Source: Macrostomum lignano
Taxonomy: Eukaryota
Length of the DNA: 64,000 bases
Reading direction: 5' to 3'
Assembly: GCA_002269645.1 (NCBI GenBank)
Contig: NIVC01001715.1
Span: 62,001-126,000 of the forward strand
The position numbers and the translations under genes are program-made. This document shows positions 12,801-23,374 of the stretch, piece by piece. A model generated the notes under the pieces. The model worked only from the letters and a program-made list of their open reading frames with translations, made no database searches and was not told the origin of the DNA. Each line of letters opens with the position of its first letter. Position 1 is the first letter of the stretch.

Positions 12801-15800
12801 CTTTCATCTGAAACGAAAACGCAGCACGGAAGGGTTGAACAGCAGCAAGTCTAAGGTTGTCTGTCGCTAATAGCGAAATGCCAAATTTTACCTTTCCTAT
12901 TTGTTTGTCTACAATCTTAAAATAATATGGGATTAATGCATTAGTCTGCTCTATCCTGCGCGTTCCTCTGTCTGTGAAAGTTTTCTCTTTTTTTCACTTA
13001 TTTTCCGGCTTCTGATAAAGTAGATGGCCGAGTTGTTGGTGAATGGGTTGACTGCATTGCACTCTAGCCGTGTCGTGTCGTGTCTTTTTGCGTTGTGTTT
13101 CGACTGTTAGTAGCTTCTAATTGGCACAAAACCTCCATGGCAGACTGCACTGACTTTTACAAGTTCAATGGCCTATCAGACAAGACCAGGCCACACCAAA
13201 TCAGATCAGATCAGAAGACAGACAGAGGACAGAAATGATACAGACAGGGGGCAGAAATGATACAGACAGGGGGCAGAAATGATACAGACAGGGGGCAGAA
13301 ATGATACAGACAGAGGACAAAAATGATGCAGACAGAGGACAGAAATGATACAGACAGAAGACAGAAATGATACAGACAGAGGACAGAAATGATACAGACC
13401 GAGAGCAGAAATGATACAGACAGAGGACAGAAATGATACAGACCGAGAGCAGAAATGATACAGACAGAGGACAGAAATGATACAGACAGAGGTCTGAAAT
13501 GATACAGACCGAGAGCAGAAAGGATACAGACAAACATGTGGAAGACGTACTGAATGCTGATAACTTCTGTTGAAAAAAGCATTAAAACCCCAAGGGCTTA
13601 GTTAGTGTTCTCTATCCCATTTGTATTTGACAATACTTGCATAGCAGAGTGAATTTACATACCAATATCCTAGAAAGCTACGTCCATACGCATATTACAC
13701 TACTTAGTTCAGCTTTTCAGTAGCAAGTTTAGTAAAAAATCCTAAATATATTCAATATCTACTAAACCATATTAAATATCAAATATTTGCACACCTGCCC
13801 TTCCCTATCCCATTGAGACTATGCAAAACTTTAAGTATTACTAAACTAGAAAATTTCTTGTCTGAACTTTTTGAAATTTTGTTTCGGTGTATAAGAATAC
13901 ACTATATATATTGTAATTTTTGCATCCGTGTTGTCTGCCGTGAGTCATGTGTTTATATATTTACTATTGTTTAATAATCTATTATACACGCTTGTCCTCA
14001 CTAGCTTGTCATTATCATTATTGTTATTATTATTATTAGCTTTCATTTAGTAATTCACGCACGGTCAGAGCAAGTCAGTATTAGTATTGTATTTTATATA
14101 TTGTATATAATATATTGTAATATGATAATATAGATTACTAAAAACCTGTCTATGGCGCTGGATTGGCGCTACAATCCATCTATGGCGCTAAATTGGCGCT
14201 ACAATCTTGTCGTATGGCGCTAAATTGGCGCTAAAATCTTGTCGTATGGCGCTAAATTGGCGCTACAATGGAACTAATTTGCGTTCAGTTGGGACTCTTG
14301 TCGGGTAGTGATAAGATTAATAAGCCAGTCTCCCAATATACTACTAAATCAGCCATGGCTAAGGCAGTAGTAAGTCTTTCATTGTAACAAAACACTTTGG
14401 CAGGGCAAAGCTGGCAGCAGCAGCGGCGGAGGAGGCAGCGGCAGCGTCGCTATTCGAGAATCTTCATCCTCAGCCTCCGGCCTTGGCGTTGGCAGCGGCG
14501 GCGGTCTTCAACAATCGTCAAGCAATCCTAATCTGCAGGAGCTGTCCGTCAGCTCCTCGTCTGCTGCCAAAGCTAAGCAGCGACATTCGGCGCTGGACGT
14601 TCCAGTCGGCGGCGGCGGCGGAGGCGCATTCGAAGCCAAAGACTTGGCCGACACCTTGGCAGTGTTTCTGATGAAGGCCAACTCGGCTGCTGAGCTGATT
14701 CGGCAAGCTGGCCTGGATTTGGCTGGCGAGCGGCGCCGCATTCTCACTGCACAGTCGACCGCCGCTGCCGCTTCTGCAGCTGCCGCGGCCGCTGACAGTG
14801 GCGACACCAGCGGCGGGTCGGCTTCGGGCTCAGCTGCCGCGGCCGCCGCAGCTGCTGCTATGGTTACAGCTGAAGATGTCGCCCAGCTCACTGCTCAAGT
14901 CACCGAGCTGAGCCGGCAGAATCAGGATTTGCGCCAACGGTTAAGCCTAATCCATGGTCATTCGGACCTGTCAGCTATGATTGTGTCCGCTGTGCCGCAG
15001 GCGTTGCTGCCAGACTCTGCTAATATTAGTTCCTCTCTGTCTAGGGACAGCATCACGGAGTATCATGATGCCGCTGAGCGGCTGAGCCTGGATATGTCCA
15101 GCAGTGAGGTGAGTGCTCTGAAGTTTGGCTGCACAGTTTTAGCGACAAAAATCGTATAAGAGGTCATTTGAGTTGGACATTATTTATCGATTCTAACGGT
15201 TGATTGATTCTAAAGTACTTGGGGGAATTCTTAAGAAGCTAATGGATGAAATTCTCAGGAAGCTGGTGGGGGAATTCTCAAGGAGCTGATGAAGGAATTC
15301 TCAAGGAGCTGATGAGGGGAATTTTCAAGATGCTGATGAGGGCAATTCTTAAAACGCTGATATGGAGAATTCTCAAGAAGCTGATGAGGGGAATTCTTAA
15401 GATGCTGATGAGGGCAATTCTCAAGATGCTGATAAAGGGAATTTTCAAGAAGCTGATGAGGGAAATTCTCAAGAAGCTGATGGGGGAATTCTCTAGAAGT
15501 TGATGAGGGAATTCTCTAGAAGCTGATTAAGGAACTTTCTAGAAGCTGATGAGGGGAATTCTCAAGAAGCTGATAAGGGGAATTTTTAAGATACTGATGA
15601 GGGAAATTCTCAAGAAGCTGATGGGGGAATTCTCTAGAAGCTGATGGGGGAATTCTCTAGAAGTTGATAGGGGAATTCTCTAAAAGCTGATTAAGGAATT
15701 TTCTAGAAGCTGATGAGGGGAATTCTCAAGAAGCTGATGAGGGGAATTCTCAAGAAGCTGATGAGGGAATTCTCTAGAAGCTGATGAGAGGAATTCTCTA

Positions 15801-18800
15801 GAAGCTGATGGGGGAATTCTCTAGAAGTTGATGAGGGAATTCTCTAGAAGCTGATGGGGGAATTCTCTAGAAGCTGATGGGGGAATTCTCTAGAAGCTGA
15901 TAGGGGAATTCTCTAGAAGCTGATGAGGGAAATTTTCAAGATGCTGATGAGGGGAATTCTCTAGAAGCTGATGGGGGAATTCTCAAGAAGCTGACGAGGG
16001 GAATTTTCAAGGAGCTGATGGTGGAATTCTCAAGAAGCTGAGGAAAGAAATTAAGAACACTGAAGGATTATTATTAGAGTTAATAAATAGTTTTTGGACA
16101 GTATTTATAAGGACATATGATGATTATTTTACCAAGCTCAAACATCAACCCTAATCCCCGTCAGTCCGAAGACGAACTCAGCGATGAGGACGACGCCAAC
16201 CCGCCAGCTGCCGATGCGTCCAATCAAGCTTCAAGTTCAACAGTGGCCGCAGCTTCCGGCTCAGCTGATGCCTCGCCCGGCGGCGCAGCTAACGACGCTT
16301 CAACTACAGGAGCTAGCGCGGCCGGCCTAGAGGTGGCCACCACAGGTCGCCGGGAGGTTCTGCCGGTGCCGCAGCCTGACGGCGGCAACCTGAGCCTATT
16401 CAACATTCTGTGCCGCAATATTGGCAAAGATTTGACCAGCGTTCGTATGCCGATAGCGTCTAATGAACCGTTGAATGCTTTGCAGCGACTGTGCGAGGAA
16501 TTGGAGTATAGCAGTTTGCTGGATCAGGCTGCCGCGGCTAAGGACCCGCTCGAGCGGCTGGTGCTTGTTGTCGCATTCGCCGTGTCAGCCTACGCTTGCA
16601 CAGCTACTAGGAGCGCTAAGAAGCCCTTCAATCCGTTGCTAGGGGAGACTTACGAGTGCGTGCGCGAGGATAGGGGCTGGAAGTTCATTTCCGAGCAGGT
16701 GAGAGCTGCCTTTGTTGCTATGGGAAAATGTAGTGGTGGGTTTATGGGTGGGTTTGTTGGTGGCATTGTCGGTGGGTTTATGGGTGGGTTGTGAGTGGGA
16801 TTGTGGGTGGGTTTGTCGGTGAGATTGTGGGTGGCATTGTCTGTGGGTTTATGGGTTTGTGGGTGGCATTGTCGGTGGGTTTGTGGGTGGCATTGTGGGT
16901 GGCATTGTGGGTGGCATGGTGAGTGGCATTGTGGATGGGTTTGTGGGTAGGTTTGAAGGTGGGTTTTTGGGTGGCATTGTTGGTGGGTTGTTTGTGGGTT
17001 TGTGGGTGGGACTGCGTGTGGGTTTGTGGGTGGGTTTGTGGGTAGGTTTACAGGTAGGTTTTTGGTTGGGCAAAGTATGGCAAAAAACAAGGATAAATGA
17101 GACCCTTACGAAATTAAGCAAGACTTCTTTACCACCTAACACCCATGCATTCGCCCTTACCCAAGGTGTCGCACCACCCGCCAGTGGCCGCCTGTCACTG
17201 TGAAAGCGACGCGTGGGAGTTCTGGCAAGACTGCCGGCTGCGCAACAAATTCTGGGGCAAAAGTTTAGAAGCTCAGCCGCTTGGCGCCATCCGGCTGCGG
17301 TTTAAAGACAGCGGGGAGCTGTTCCAGTGGAATAAAGTGACCACGTGCATCTATAATCTGTTTAGTTCTAGCAGGTATATCGATCATTATGGCGAGTTGA
17401 CTGTGCAAGTGAGTAAGCTAAGCTCCTGTAAAATTATTGGCTAGGCAGTGACTGAGCACTGCTCAAATGAGTGACTGAGCACTGCTCAAATGAGTGACTA
17501 AGCACTGCTCAAATGAGTGACTAATCACTGCTCAAATGAGTGACTAATCACTGCTCAAATGAGTGACTAATCACTGCTCAAATGAGTGACTAAGCACTGC
17601 TCAAATGAGTGACTAATCACTGCTCGAATGAGTGACTAATCACTGCTCAAATGAGTGACTAAGCACTGCTCAAATGAGTGACTAAGCACTGCTCAAATGA
17701 GTGACTAATCACTGCTCAAATGAGTGACTAATTACTGCTCAAATGAGTGACTAATCACTGCTCAAATGAGTGACTAAGCACTGCTCAAATGAGTGACTAA
17801 GCACTGCTCAAATGAGTGACTAAGCACTGCTCAAATGAGTGACTGAGCTCTGCTCAAATGAGTGACTAAGCACTGCTCAAATGAGTGACTAATCACTGCT
17901 CAAATGAGTGACTAATCACTGCTCAAATGAGTGACTAAGCACTGCTCAAATGAGTGACTGAGCTCTGCTCAAATGAGTGACTGAGCTCTGCTCAAATGAG
18001 TGACTAAGCACTGCTCAAAGGAGTGACTAAGCACTGCTCAAATGAGTGACTAAGCACTGCTCAAATGAGTGACTAAGCACTGCTCAAATGAGTGACTAAT
18101 CACTACTCAAATGAGTAACTAAGCACTGCTCAAATGAGTGACTAAGCACTGCTCAAATGAGTGACTAAGCACTGCTCAAATGAGTGACTAAGCACTGCTC
18201 AAATGAGTGACTAAGCACTGCTCAAATGAGTGACTAAGCACTGCTCAAATGAGTGACTAAGCACTGCTCAAATGAGTGACTAAGCACTGCTCAAATGAGT
18301 GACTCATCGCAACTAAGAACACTGGCACACATTTTTCAGGGCCCAGTTCAGGGCAGTCAGGCTCGGCTAACTTTTCACAAAGGCGGCTCAATATCTGGCG
18401 TCTGTCGGGCGGGCAGCAATGGCCCAGAGACAGCCGTGTTCGGTCGCTGGAACGAGAGCCTGTTCGCCGGTCGGGAGCACACGGCGCGCTGCGTTTGGCG
18501 CTCCGGCGCCCTGCCGCCGCACAGTGCTTCGTACTATGGCTTTACTAGATTCGCCATCGAGCTAAACGAATTGCAGGACTGCCTTGTCAGCGTGCTGCCA
18601 GTAACCGATACTCGGTTTAGGTGAGAATTTCTATGCAAAAATCTGGGCTGTTTTTTGTTTACGATACATATCGGGTGAATTTTATCCTTGTTTTTTAGGC
18701 TGTTTTTATTATTTTCGATACATATCGGGTCGATTTTATCATAGTGGTTTCTTTAGACTGTTTTTTTTATTATTTTCGATACATATCGGGTCAGTTTTAT

Positions 18801-19691
18801 CCTAGTGTTTTCTGTAGGCTGTTTTAACTGTTTTCGATACATATCGGGCCAATTTTATCATAGTGTTTTCTTTAGGCTGTTTTAATTATTTTCGATACAT
18901 ATCGGGCCAATTTTATCATAGTGCTTTCTTTAGACTGTTTTTTTTATTATTTTCGATACATATCGGGTCAGTTTTATCCTAGTGTTTTCTGTAGGCTGTT
19001 TTAACTGTTTTCGATACATATCGGGCCAATTTTATCATAGTGTTTTCTTTAGGCTGTTTTTTATTATTTTCGATACATATCGGGCCAATTTTATCATAGT
19101 GTTTTCTTTAGGCTGTTTTTTATTATTTTCGATACATATCGGGCCAATTTTATCATAGTGTTTTCTTTAGGCTGTTTTTTATTATTTTCGATACATATCG
19201 GGTCAGTTTTATCCTAGTGTTTTCTTTAGGCTGCTTTTTATTATTTTCGATACATATCGGGTTAATTTTATTCAGTGTTTTCTATAAGCCATTTTAATTG
19301 TTTTTGATACATTTCGGATCTAATTTATTAATTTTGTCTAGACTATTTTATTTTTTCGATACATATCGGATCCGAGCTGTTTTAAATTCGTATCATATCT
19401 GAGATAGCTAGTTAGTATTCAATTTTTTCAAATTTCGATACATATCGTCTGCGCCCATCTGCCCATGATATACGCAGGCCGGACCAGCGCCTGCTAGAGG
19501 TTGGCGATCTGGACAACGCTGAGGCTCAAAAATTGCGCCTAGAAAACAAGCAGCGCTCGCGTCAAACGCCAGTCCAGCCGCGCTGGTTTCGCCAGCTCTC
19601 ATCCGACAAATCGTGGGAATTCCGACGCGAGTACTGGTCAGCCAGGGAGTCTAAATTTGCTGGCATTGATCTGCCGGATCTGTTTGACTGA
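5525..19691 (+). CDS. OSBPL6: Oxysterol-binding protein-related protein, ORP3/6/7 subfamily (PH + FFAT-like + ORD). join(5525..6194,8395..8778,11600..11850,12679..12855,14404..15108,16165..16698,17166..17408,18340..18620,19478..19691), 1152 aa
   Basis: PH domain [20 protein letters not shown]...[12 protein letters not shown] motifs [25 protein letters not shown]|VSHHPP and DTRFR|PDQRLLE. All introns are GT-AG with consistent phases, total 3459 nt. Likely co-ortholog of OSBPL3/6/7 (family assignment from recalled motifs). Confidence 0.93.
5585..5598 (+). promoter_or_regulatory. Perfect RFX X-box GTTGCCATGGTAAC inside ORP exon 1
   Basis: Matches the consensus GTNRCC(N0-3)RGYAAC; function unproven. 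Confidence 0.4.
6207..6362 (+). repeat. (TCTG)n microsatellite next to the ORP intron-1 donor
   Basis: Read directly from the sequence. Confidence 0.95.
7250..7715 (+). repeat. Minisatellite, 20-bp unit GGGAATCGCCCTTTGTCCTT
   Basis: Tandem units that degenerate towards the 3' end. Confidence 0.92.
8030..8323 (-). mobile_element. tRNA-derived CORE-SINE, near full length, in ORP intron 1
   Basis: Minus strand reads GGGGTTGTAGCCTAGTGG (A box)...GGTTCGATTCC (B box), then CCTTGAGCAAAATACACTTAACTCTG...CTTCAGTTCACCCAGCTGCAAAATGGG, which resembles the MIR/CORE domain. Confidence 0.8.
8395..8778 (+). CDS. OSBPL6: ORP3/6/7-like exon 2 (rest of PH domain)
   Basis: ACAG|GC CGT TAC CAT GGC AAC ATC GAC (GRYHGNID...[15 protein letters not shown]); donor G|GTGAGT at 8779. 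Confidence 0.9.
8398..8411 (+). promoter_or_regulatory. Perfect RFX X-box GTTACCATGGCAAC inside ORP exon 2
   Basis: Exact reverse complement of the exon-1 site; function unproven. Confidence 0.4.
8985..9495 (+). repeat. Purine-rich minisatellite GACATGAGAGGATA(GA)n
   Basis: Tandem units of about 16-26 bp. Confidence 0.92.
10315..11010 (+). repeat. Minisatellite, 21-bp unit GATGGAGACTGGGGTRTTGCA with occasional longer variants
   Basis: Tandem units. Confidence 0.93.
11600..11850 (+). CDS. OSBPL6: ORP3/6/7-like exon 3
   Basis: CCCGCAG acceptor with phase-1 match; donor AAG|GTAAGT at 11851; GC-rich. Confidence 0.82.
11960..12510 (+). repeat. Tandem repeat, ~58-62-bp unit containing GTTGCTAAGCAG, about 9 copies
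   Basis: GATAATACCGTATCCAAGGTAAATAACCCGTTGCTAAGCAG repeated; ORP intron 3. Confidence 0.9.
12679..12855 (+). CDS. OSBPL6: ORP3/6/7-like exon 4 (low complexity)
   Basis: CAATCAG acceptor; 177-nt open GC-rich exon, phase 0/0; weak donor AAG|GTTGTC. Confidence 0.65.
13208..13530 (+). repeat. Minisatellite, 22-bp unit GACAGAGGACAGAAATGATACA
   Basis: Tandem units. Confidence 0.92.
14148..14270 (+). repeat. Short tandem repeat, ~30-32-bp unit TATGGCGCTAAATTGGCGCTACAATC, 4 copies
   Basis: Read directly from the sequence. Confidence 0.85.
14404..15108 (+). CDS. OSBPL6: ORP3/6/7-like exon 5 (SSNPNL motif, coiled coil, FFAT-like EYHDAAE)
   Basis: GGCAG acceptor at 14403; open frame to donor GAG|GTGAGT at 15109. 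Confidence 0.85.
15220..16045 (+). repeat. Minisatellite, ~23-bp unit GGGGAATTCTCAAGAAGCTGATG
   Basis: Fills most of ORP intron 5. Confidence 0.92.
16165..16698 (+). CDS. OSBPL6: ORP3/6/7-like exon 6 (start of ORD)
   Basis: CTAAT...GTCAG acceptor; [12 protein letters not shown]...FISEQ; donor CAG|GTGAGA. Confidence 0.92.
16730..17070 (+). repeat. G/T-rich ~12-bp degenerate repeat (GTGGGTGGCATT / GTGGGTGGGTTT)
   Basis: Fills ORP intron 6. Confidence 0.88.
17166..17408 (+). CDS. OSBPL6: ORP3/6/7-like exon 7
   Basis: VSHHPP completes the OSBP signature EQVSHHPP; KFWGKSLE; donor CAA|GTGAGT. Confidence 0.93.
17447..18304 (+). repeat. Minisatellite, 23-bp unit ATGAGTGACTAAGCACTGCTCAA, about 37 copies
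   Basis: Fills ORP intron 7. Confidence 0.95.
18340..18620 (+). CDS. OSBPL6: ORP3/6/7-like exon 8
   Basis: TTTTTCAG acceptor; [27 protein letters not shown]; donor AG|GTGAGA (phase 2). Confidence 0.92.
18650..19445 (+). repeat. Tandem repeat, ~58-62-bp unit TTTCGATACATATCGGG...GTGTTTTCTTTAGGCTG
   Basis: Fills ORP intron 8. Confidence 0.92.
19478..19691 (+). CDS. OSBPL6: ORP3/6/7-like exon 9 (C-terminal; not shown in ORF track)
   Basis: ACGCAG|G CCG GAC CAG = [27 protein letters not shown]...[10 protein letters not shown]...LPDLFD, TGA at 19689-19691. Confidence 0.92.
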
Positions 19692-19805
19692 ACTCTTGTT
19701 TACTAGTCTTTGTTGGACTGTTCAGTGTGTAACACTGCGGACTTTTTCTCTTCTCCCTTTTTCCCTGATAGCTTTAGCTTAGAGCGCGAGAATCTTGCTC
19801 TTTCT

Positions 19806-21930
19806 GAGAATCGCCCCTGATCCTCAGTGAAGAACCGCCCCTGATCCTCAGTGAAGAATCGCCCCTGATCCTCAGTGAAGAATCGCCCCTGATCCTCAGT
19901 GAAGAATCGCTCCAGATCCTCAGTGAAGAATCGCCCCTGATCCTTAGTGAAGAATCGCCCCTGATCCTCAGTGAAGAATCGCCCCTGATACTCAGTGAAG
20001 AATCGCCCCTGATCCTCAGTAAAGAATCGCCCCTGATCCTCAGTGAAGAATCGCCCCTGATTCTCAGTGAAGAATCGCCCCTGATCCTCAGTGAAGAATC
20101 GCCCCTGATTCTCAGTAAAGAATCGCCCCTGATCCTCAGTGAAGAATCGCCCCTGATTCTCAGTGAAGAATCGCCCCTGATCCTCAGTGAAGAATCGCCC
20201 CTGGTCCTCAGTGAAGAATAGCCCCTGATCCTCAGTGAAGAATCGCCCCTGATACTCAGTGAAGAATCGCCCCTGATCCTCAGTGAAGAACCGCCCCTGA
20301 TCCTCAGTGAAGAATCGCCCCTGATCCTCAGTGAAGAATCGCCCCTGATCCTCAGTGAAGAATCGCCCCTGATCCTCAGTGAAGAATCGCTCCAGATCCT
20401 CAGTGAAGAATCGCCCCTGATCCTTAGTGAAGAATCGCCCCTGATCCTCAGTGAAGAATCGCCCCTGATACTCAGTGAAGAATCGCCCCTGATCCTCAGT
20501 AAAGAATCGCCCCTGATCCTCAGTGAAGAATCGCCCCTGATTCTCAGTGAAGAATCGCCCCTGATCCTCAGTGAAGAATCGCCCCTGATTCTCAGTAAAG
20601 AATCGCCCCTGATCCTTAGTGAAGAATCGCCCCTGATCCTCAGTGAAGAATCGCCCCTGATACTCAGTGAAGAATCGCCCCTGATCCTCAGTAAAGAATC
20701 GCCCCTGATCCTCAGTGAAGAATCGCCCCTGATTCTCAGTGAAGAATCGCCCCTGATCCTCAGTGAAGAATCGCCCCTGATTCTCAGTAAAGAATCGCCC
20801 CTGATCCTCAGTGAAGAATCGCCCCTGATTCTCAGTGAAGAATCGCCCCTGATCCTCAGTGAAGAATCGCCCCTGGTCCTCAGTGAAGAATAGCCCCTGA
20901 TCCTCAGTGAAGAATCGCCCCTGATACTCAGTGAAGAATCGCCCCTGATCCTCAGTGAAGAACCGCCCCTGATCCTCAGTGAAGAATCGCCCCTGATCCT
21001 CAGTGAAGAATCGCCCCTGATCCTCAGTGAAGAATCGCCCCTGATCCTCAGTGAAGAATCGCCCCTGATCCTCAGTGAAGAATCGCTCCAGATCCTCAGT
21101 GAAGAATCGCCCCTGATCCTTAGTGAAGAATCGCCCCTGATCCTCAGTGAAGAATCGCCCCTGATACTCAGTGAAGAATCGCCCCTGATCCTCAGTAAAG
21201 AATCGCCCCTGATCCTCAGTGAAGAATCGCCCCTGATTCTCAGTGAAGAATCGCCCCTGATCCTCAGTGAAGAATCGCCCCTGATTCTCAGTAAAGAATC
21301 GCCCCTGATCCTCAGTGAAGAATCGCCCCTGATTCTCAGTGAAGAATCGCCCCTGATCCTCAGTGAAGAATCGCCCCTGGTCCTCAGTGAAGAATAGCCC
21401 CTGATCCTCAGTGAAGAATCGCCCCTGATACTCAGTGAAGAATCGCCCCTGATCCTCAGTGAAGAATCGCCCCTGATCCTCAGTGAAGAATCGCCCCTGA
21501 TTCTCAGTAAAGAATCGCCCCTGATCCTCAGTGAAGAATCGCCCCTGATTCTCAGTGAAGAATCGCCCCTGATCCTCAGTGAAGAATCGCCCCTGGTCCT
21601 CAGTGAAGAATAGCCCCTGATCCTCAGTAAAGAATCGCCCCTGATCCTCAGTGAAGAATCGCCCCTGATTCTCAGTGAAGAATCGCCCCTGATCCTCAGT
21701 GAAGAATCGCCCCTGATTCTCAGTAAAGAATCGCCCCTGATCCTCAGTGAAGAATCGCCCCTGATTCTCAGTGAAGAATCGCCCCTGATCCTCAGTGAAG
21801 AATCGCCCCTGGTCCTCAGTGAAGAATAGCCCCTGATCCTCAGTGAAGAATCGCCCCTGATACTCAGTGAAGAATCGTCCCTGATCCTCAGTGAAGAATC
21901 GCCCCTGATCCTCAGTGAAGAATCGCCCCT
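19806..21930 (+). repeat. Minisatellite, 24-bp unit GAAGAATCGCCCCTGATCCTCAGT, about 88 copies, with higher-order structure
   Basis: Source of the artefactual 729-aa ORF. Confidence 0.97.
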
Positions 21931-23330
21931 GTTTCTTACCAAAGTTTCTACTAGCAATATCATTTTTTGCTTATTTTCCAGCCCCGAATCTGAAGACAGT
22001 CTGTCTCATTTTTCCACCAATTTATTGTATGTACATGTATTTAGAGTCGGACTCTCAAACAAACTTACACAGATTCTAGATTATTACTTTGTGTGCCTAG
22101 GACCTAACGAATCATTTATTTTAATGTTTCGTTGTAAATTTGTATACTCAATTTAGTCCTTGGCTGGAATTGATGTTATGATAAGAATAATAATATTTTA
22201 TTTTCATTTGCGCCGTTTTGTATTGGATGAGTAACACAGCACTTGAATGCACTTTCAACTAACAATTTGTTTTTCAGATAATCCGTTTAGACGCATAGCC
22301 AAAGCTGTTTCAGAAGCACATAGATTTCGTTAGCCTGTACTGTGTTTGTGGCACCTTTCCTAATTTATCCTGAGTGCGGCTTGAAATTTTTCATTTTGTT
22401 CTTTATTTTTAATTGCCTGACATTTTTTAATCCCACGCGTTATTTGCGTCCGCACTGAGCAGCCGGGAGTTTGCTTTAGATATGGACGCGCAGTATTTTC
22501 TATTGCACGTTTGCATGGTCGATAATATTGTTTTATAAAGAGCGTTATGTTGCCTATGTATAACTACACAAAAACGCACGCACGTGTTGTCGCAACCCAA
22601 ATTTTAACCATACCTCTACCTAGTCTCGCCCTCTAAAGCTGTTAATATTTATTACCTTGTAGTGTACATCTAGCTATTACATGTTCATACGCTTTCTCAT
22701 TATTTATTATACAGATTGGAAATGGTTATATTAATAATTATTATGCTTACGGATACATTGAGTGAATGACACTGGGTTTCGTTGCTGTGTTAAAGTATTT
22801 TATCGAAATACAAAGTCGGTAAGAAAAAATGGAAATCCCGAAATAAATGCTTAATTCATGCATTAACTTTGACAAGCAGGTACGCACCTCTAATCGCTTA
22901 AGTTATTTAATAATCGACGTATCCCCTTTGCCAACGAAATATCTCATTGTCTTGGCAATTAGATAATTGTATTATTAATAAGTTAGACTTTACCGGCAGT
23001 TTATACATTGGAGGCCCTCTGCCATCGCATAGTTCTGCAAAGAAATCAAGAATGCCAAGCCGAAGAGTTTTTTAAATAAATAATTGTAGCATACATACTA
23101 AAAATAGACGTATTTAAAAAAGTGTGCATAAAATTTGTTTTATTAGAAGATAACGCAAAAACATTATTTGACTTTTATGTTTTCTAGAAAAAAGTTACTT
23201 TAAGTAGGCACTTAATAAAAAGATTTTATAGAACAGATTGTTTTGTATTGAAGATTTCTTCATAGTTGGCAGCTGATTAAAAAATCAATTACATCAAGTG
23301 TTGCATCTTTTCTAGATGTAAAGTAAGAAT

Positions 23331-23374
23331 ATGGAGAACGGTTTCTCTGATGATGAAGATGGAAAGCAGCTGTG
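23331..23374 (+). CDS. DYNC1LI1: Dynein LIC exon 1 (44-nt coding, MENGFSDDEDGKQLW)
   Basis: Resembles the LIC N-terminal DDEDGQNLW motif; donor TG|GTAAGA at 23375 is phase-compatible with the acceptor at 31319. Confidence 0.8.

Noticed and set aside
19774-21963. 729-aa minus-strand ORF (RIRGDSSL)n
   Set aside because: It is a translation of a 24-bp minisatellite. It has no splice or start context and lies antisense to the ORP 3' region. Units that are multiples of 3 give open frames by chance.
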